DNA of 28,586 nucleotides from Cirrosporium novae-zelandiae (Eukaryota): NCBI GenBank assembly GCA_026023565.1, contig JAPETS010000069.1, positions 62,001 to 90,586 of the forward strand, read 5' to 3'. Shown piece by piece: positions 22,452 to 28,586 of this stretch (position 1 is its first letter; each line of letters starts with the position of its first letter). The notes under the pieces were generated by a model. It saw only the letters and a program-made list of their open reading frames with translations, ran no database searches and was not told where the DNA came from. The position numbers and the translations under genes were made by a program.

Positions 22452-23748
22452 TGTGCGTGTGGTACCAGTAAGATGGAGATGATTAGATCGATGCTTCTTT
22501 TCTTTGCGGAGATGGACGGAGGTTCCAAAACCGAAAAGTAAAATGAAGAGAGGTCATGTGCTTACTGTATCATTACTCGTATTCGTACTTGGTATAATTA
22601 GATATCCAATTATTGGTCATGGATAGACAAACTACTGCTTAGATAGTCGACTAATCTTCTAATTTTATTTATCTAACAGATGAGACTATTTGGTTTGCTT
22701 AAGACATTCATTATTCAATAATTGTTGTCCAGCTACTAAAGGCCTCAATATTCAACTTCAACGTCCAGGCATACAACCAATTCAAATTTCAAAAATCCCA
22801 CTAAATCTCAATTCTAGTAGATATCCCATTTCATTTCATACATAAATAATTAGCCTAGAACAAAATAAATCAGATTTCCCCACCCATATATCTCCAAGAC
22901 AAAACTTACTTGCAGTCCCTAATGCCCGCTATTCAAATTTAGTAGACCATAGTCTGCATGCCTAAAAAGACAATAACAAAAAAGAAAAAGACATTACACA
23001 TCGTTTGCCATCCCATACGTTACTGTTGTGTAAAGTAGCAATGCTACATTTCCCCTTTCCATTTTCCCTTTGCCTTTCCTTTCTCTTTTCCAGAATTCTT
23101 TCGAAAACCCAAGAACCATTCCAAAAAAAAAATCGCTATGCGTCCTAACTCCCCCATCCCATTCCATACTGAAAACAAAATAAAATGAAAAAACAATTAG
23201 GCTTCCTATTCTCTTCTCTCTTCCCTCCTTGTTGTCACCCTCGCGCGTGGGCGTTCAACTATCCCGTGTTCTGTAAACCGCTATCGATGGTCGTCATGAA
23301 CATAACCAATGTTCCCTAGAACCAGCTTTTTGTGTTCATAAATGTCGTGAAAACGAAAAAAAAAGTCTTTTTTCTCCTCTATCCGGGCCGTGTTTGATTG
23401 TTGCAGAGAATGCCTCACTCGAAACTCGATAAATGAAAGAAAAAGAAAAAAGATTTTGGAATTCATTTCCACTCCATAATCGATAAGGATAAAAATGAGC
23501 ATGGATGAGAGAACATCCGGTCAAATGATCATGGATAACGATGGACGCCGATGCTATGCCGCTATGCAAATAACTGACTAACGCCGGAAATGCATTGGAT
23601 TGTATGTATTGGAGGTGTTGATTTCGTATGTAAGGTGTTCAGTAGTATTAGGTGGTTGTGTTGCAATGGAGCACAGGGGACGACATGGTAACACAAATAA
23701 CCAGGAACAACCCTGCACTTGCATACGATCGACGGTATCCGAACCAGT

Positions 23749-26023
23749 TTATGGTCCAGATGATGGATGTGTCATCTGATGGTACGGGGAGAGGGACCCA
23801 AACTCATGATTCGCTACAGCTGAAATGCTGCCGCGCTGCGAAGGGCCTCGCAGTAAGTCGAGTGTTAGATCATTACCGGCATTTCCCGTTGTAGGCGTGG
23901 TATTGACATAGGCATTGAAATCCCAGGATTGGCGCGCTGATATGGCACCCTGAGATTGGAGTCCCATTTGTTGAGCCTGCGATTGCTGGGGCTGGGGAGA
24001 TTGCTGCTGCGTCATCAAAGAAGGAAGGAGGGGCTGGTAGTTGTACGACGTGGAAGTAGATTGATATGGAGGCATCAGCGTCGAAGCAGCCACTCGAGCA
24101 TCTGAGAGATTTGACAGTGGAAGACATGGCGACCTGTGCATCGGCATCGTCTGCATGTGTGGGGAAATGCCTGTTGAGGAGTTGACTGAACCAGGTGAGG
24201 CGGCCGGATGGAGGTCACTGCTCGAAGCAGACTGATCACCACTCCCATACGTGGAGCTAGCAGGAGTAAGAAGCGCACCGGCTGTTGAGGAGTAACTTGC
24301 AGACTGAAAGCCCATCAGCATGTTGTCAAAGGCAAATGTTTGAACACTTACGTATTTCCCAATAATCTTTTTCAAGGCAATGGCAAGTACTCTCCACGGA
24401 AACACTTTCACATCCTTTTCGATGTTTCTTGGCTTCGGGTTGGGAAAACTCATGATAATTTTGAAAAACTCCTCGCTCTCTTGCTTGGCTTTCGATACAG
24501 TCAACGGACGGAACCCCTCCAGGTTTCTTCGAATGCGGTTTTTTTCCTCCACGGTGAACCTCACGGCCACCAATGATTCAAGAAGGTAGATTGTATCCAC
24601 ACTTGTGATAAAACATTCCCTTTTTTCTTCCCACCAGATGCAACTGATGCAAATGCTGTTTGGCTGTCGATTTTCTGGATCCACAGGCGTGAAGTCGGTG
24701 TGGATAACACTTCCGGACTGCCGTCGAGTAAATTGAACCAATCGTCGTTTGGCATTCCACTCTTCCGTGGCCCAGTTGTCTACCATCGAGTTTAATTCAC
24801 CGCTTATTTTTAACACCGCCTTGTGTGGATACATGGCATACGGATTGAACGTGGATCCTGCCACCCCACCTGCCGGGGTACCTGCAGGACTAGGCGAAGA
24901 CTGCAACGTGGATGTCCGAATCAAAGGAGGGTTGGCAATATTGACTGATGTACCGGCTGTCGCCCGTGCCACGGTTGAGCCTCTCATGGAGCCGGGGCTG
25001 TATGTTGCCTTGTTGACGGTCGAGAATGACGGGCTGTATGAAGGAGTCTGTGGAGAAGGTACTTTGATCATGCCCTGGTTGACCCCAACCCTAGCTCCTT
25101 GCTGGTAAAGCAAATGGCTGTGATTTGGCTGCGGTGTATATGCAGATGGGTTGGGCACTTTGGACATTGCACCATATTCACCGCTAACACTAGGCGTGAT
25201 ACCTTGGGGGTAGGTATAGGTAGTCGGGATGTGTGGCCCATACGAACGAGTCCCGACCTCGTTCGTGTTTTGAGTTTGGATTTGCTGTTTGCTCAAAAGT
25301 CTTTTGGCGGGTGCATGCATCGGTTCATCGGTTTCTACTGATAGCTTCCGTTTGCGATTCGCAATTTGTGGGGATGGCGATGGCTCGGTCTTGAGCTGGC
25401 TAATATCATAAGTGAAAGTGCCAACTTCCACAGGATGCGATGGTTGGTTGGGATCGCCGGTACTCATCAAACGCAGAGGAACTTGCGGCGATGAAAACCC
25501 TGTTGTACTGTGAAATGGAACCTCGGTTGTGAGGGCATACTGATAATAACTATCTCGAGGCTCCAGTGCTTCGGGAAATCCATCACACTGCCGGGCGCCA
25601 AACATGAGCACGCATGTCGCACTAGGTATAGCGAGGAGGTCAAAAGGTGATCTGAGGTAAACAGTAATGGTCTCTCCTGCATGGCCGGTGGTGGGTGAGA
25701 AGGATACTATCTCGGGAACCTGGGGGACACGCGGTAGAGAACCTGGGGATGGCGAGTACTGGAGGGCTGGCTGTGATGCAAAGGGTGCGCTCGCTGTGTA
25801 TGCTGCCGATTCAGCGTTGGTGCCATAAGGTGTCAAATTTTGCTGATAGGATGGCTGTGCATAGGTAGCAGCATAAGGCTGTTGAAAAGCACGCGTAGCA
25901 TTATAGTCTATGATCAAGTGAAAGTTAGTTCCATGAGCGTATGATAATAAAAGATCAATCACAGGGCCTATAAGCTCGCTTACCACCAAAGCTGGGCTGT
26001 TGTGCCTTGTCGTACCCCGACAT
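23749..26023 (-). CDS. medA: Developmental transcriptional regulator Medusa (MedA/ACON-3/ACR1/REN1 family), 716 aa from the first in-frame AUG; possibly N-terminally extended
   Basis: Exons 26023-25984, 25907-24352, 24303-23749 (2151 nt). Conserved block PPLIRTSTL..FNPYAMYPHKAVLKI.G.L..M..NW...E...KRRLVQF..ISCIWWEEKRECFITSVDTIYLLESL..EEKNRIRRNLEGFRPLTVSK..FPNPKPRNIEKDVKVFPW..LKKIIGKY|SASYSS. Confidence 0.93.
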
Positions 26024-27825
26024 AGACAGCAGCACAACCTCAAAATCTGAACTGGCCAAGATCTCCTCTTTCAAGTCAACGTCGTACCTTGCAATGGATG
26101 GGTCAGAAAAATCGTACGACTCGTCGAAAATAAAAGGTGTCTGGAAGTCCGGCCCGGACTAGACTAACTGTCAGCCTTGTCCCAAGAGTGATAAATGCCG
26201 AATAGGCAGAAGTGCGAGACTGAAATACAAAAGACGAACCTGAAAACGTGAAAGAGCTTGGAGAGCCAGATTGAAGGATGTTCCGGGGGGAGGTTATGAG
26301 AAAGATTAAATTTTAATGGTGGCGAGGTAAGCACCAAACGAGTGAGATGCTCCTGGCCAATGATGGAGGAACAAGCGATGTAAGGAGGTATTATTCGATA
26401 GGTTAACGATCCAGATGCAGAAGAGTCAACGTCACAGGAGCTGAATCTAGCATGAGCCTTTCGAAGGGTGCGGCAGTGGAGATTAGGTAGCCTCCAGATG
26501 GTGCTCTTTAAGAGCAAGAAAGGCGGCTTTTCAGAACCTTCACCCAATCCAGCAGTCCAGGCAGTAAGGACGACGAGAGAGACGTGCTTCCTGGTAGATT
26601 GCTATCTACAATGACCTTGACAAAGAAAGTCGATCAAGGGGAGGGGGGTGGGGGTGGCAGCGGGTTTGTCAGGCTAAAGGTGAACACCGAGTTTCGGAAA
26701 GGAGAATAGATCCAAACAGCGGTAACAAATAGGTCTGGATCACGGGCTGATTAAACCGATCAATTAGATACCGTCGACTTTTTACCACCAACGCTTGATG
26801 GCATGCACTAAGAGAAGGCTTACCAAGGAGGATAAAGAATTAAGACGAACTGTTTTGTATGTAACAGTTCGTGGTCGGATCACGGCGTCAGGGCGTTCAG
26901 TAGGATTACAATAATCTAGACTTTCTTTGTCAGTAAAGGGAAGTTTCAAAATATGGCGAACATGAGCATGAACATTCAACATGGTAATGGTTGACGATGA
27001 TGATGATGATGATGGGAAGTGCAGGGATGGATGATGAAGATATCATCATTTGCAGCCAACAAAACCCAACAGGAACCAACAAGAATTGATGCCAAAGATC
27101 CCAAAGGTACCATGGCGTAAACCACATGCAAGGGGAGGGATGGATAGTGTGGTAGGTTGAATGAGGGAGAATTGTGATGAGGGGGGGAAGAAGGGAAAGA
27201 AGGGAATCCCTGGTAAATTCATCGGTTGCTAACCTTTCAAAAAATGATGAAATAACCTTTTCCTCCCAATCACCGCGTTTCTCTAGGTAACATGAAAAAA
27301 AAATTGGACAAGTTTGAAGATCAAAATTTGGAGCGAGCGTGGGACAGTCAAGTCAATTGTTGGATCCAGTCAAGTCATCTGTTTACTTCTCTCCTCTTCT
27401 TCTCTTTCGTCTTTTTTTTCTTTTTTTTTCTTTTTTCCTGGAGAGAGTAACCGATCAAGGCCCGAAAACAAGGCTCAAGGACTTTTCAGCGGGGAAAGCA
27501 CAGCAAGGTGGCTTTTGTCAAAACTCACACCCAAAAGTGGAATGGGTTTTTTTTAAAAAGCCACAACACCAACGCAGAGACAAAACTGTCTATGTCTGCC
27601 TTACGCTATTCCACTACCTAGAAGTACCTAGAGCAAGAATTGACGATTGACCGTGTTTGAGGTAGGCGAGGCAGGCAAGCCGGATAAGGTGCCCCGCGAA
27701 GAGGAGGTGAATCAAGACAAGAGTCTCTCTAGTAGCGATCGGACGACAAAATCCCACCAGCCGCACGGGGATTTCAAGTAACAAGGGAAAGGTAAGGCGA
27801 TAAATATATTTGATGGTGGATGACG

Positions 27826-27908
27826 GATGATGATGACAATGATGATGATGATGATGATGATAATAATGATGATGAGGAGGAGGAGGATAATGATGATAAT
27901 GTATGATG
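27826..27908 (+). repeat. Imperfect (GAT)n/(GAG)n/(AAT)n trinucleotide microsatellite
   Basis: gatgatgacaatgatgatgatgatgatgatgataataatgatgatgaggaggaggag.. read directly; shorter (GAT)n tracts at about 2683-2703 and 26996-27013. Confidence 0.85.
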
Positions 27909-28359
27909 TGTTGTTGTTATACTAATAACAAAAATTCAATGTTCCAATTAATCGTGGTTAAACGGCCACGGCCACGGTAACGGCGACCTCGAGCGAAAGT
28001 TTAGAAGCACAGCGAAGGTGATTTTTGATTTGTTTTTGTTTTTGTCTTGGGGGAGGGGGAATCTGGTAGCGACCGATATGAAGCAAGAAGATTAAAAAAT
28101 AATAATCTCTTGAACTTGATGGAGCGAAGGTTGTAAAAGCGAATGACAATGCCAACGAGGGCGGGATTACAGTAGTTAGTATGGTAGTATCGAGAGAGGT
28201 TTAGTTAGTATTTGGAGAAATGTCGAAAGAAGGAAGTTATGATGGAGTCGGAAAGGGCGGTATTATTAAACTACTAATGTATTCCCAGAGCTATTCCAAG
28301 TGTGCGCAGATGGTGACTGCGGTGACTCGCCCATAATTGGTAGACTCTAACTATTCGCT

Positions 28360-28391
28360 GGGGGGGGGGGGGGGGAAGAGAGAGGGAGAGA

Positions 28392-28464
<73 letters not shown>

Positions 28465-28469
28465 GGGTT
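28360..28469 (+). repeat. Poly-G/GA tract (G16, GA-rich spacer, about G70)
   Basis: Read directly; the exact length is probably unreliable. Confidence 0.8.
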
Positions 28470-28480
28470 TATTCGCTACT

Positions 28481-28507
28481 CGCCAGGATCGCCAGGATCG
28501 CCGGGAT
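28481..28507 (+). repeat. 9-bp tandem repeat (CGCCAGGAT) x3
   Basis: cgccaggat cgccaggat cgccgggat. Confidence 0.85.
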
Positions 28508-28586
28508 GTGATAGTGGGCTGTGAACTGGAATAGTTACGAGTATCTCTTCCGTAGCATTTTTCTTAGCAGTACGGCCAGTAAGATG

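Noticed and set aside
23749..26043. ORF-track start MRLCCCLC.. for the 764-aa ORF
   Set aside because: Artifact of reading through the 76-nt intron 25983-25908; the real upstream exon is in another frame.
26600..28400. BrlA (MRAGGGR) and AbaA (CATTCY) elements upstream of medA
   Set aside because: Several matches exist (e.g. 26635, 27129, 27783) but short motifs in purine-rich DNA are expected by chance.
28337..28534. Poly-Gly ORF
   Set aside because: Simply the translation of the poly-G tract.

Overview
Intron-containing genomic DNA from a filamentous ascomycete (Pezizomycotina; finer placement is not possible from this window). The left part (1-13 kb) is catabolic/accessory: a secreted GH92 alpha-mannosidase (3' end off-window), a divergent pair of an SDR and a tartrate/D-malate dehydrogenase-decarboxylase, a PL3 pectate lyase with clustered PacC-type sites upstream, a decayed tail-to-tail pair of distantly related genes with PD-(D/E)xK-nuclease-like motifs, and an Mtr-type amino-acid transporter. 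The right part (13.7-26.3 kb) carries conserved genes: PEP7/Vac1, HET-C2-type glycolipid transfer protein, SPO71/mug56, IMP2 and the developmental regulator medA, followed by >2.5 kb of repeat-rich medA upstream DNA. All spliced models were built by hand from GT..AG and branch signals, and the complete ones give lengths divisible by 3; no homology search was run. Best leads: (1) the convergent pair of one catalytic-looking and one catalytically dead-looking nuclease-fold gene whose stop codons are 4 bp apart (candidate poison/antidote-type module, now pseudogenised); (2) an acidic in-frame N-terminal extension of MedA that may start at a CUG; (3) a strand-specific G.U-rich hairpin in the IMP2 intron.
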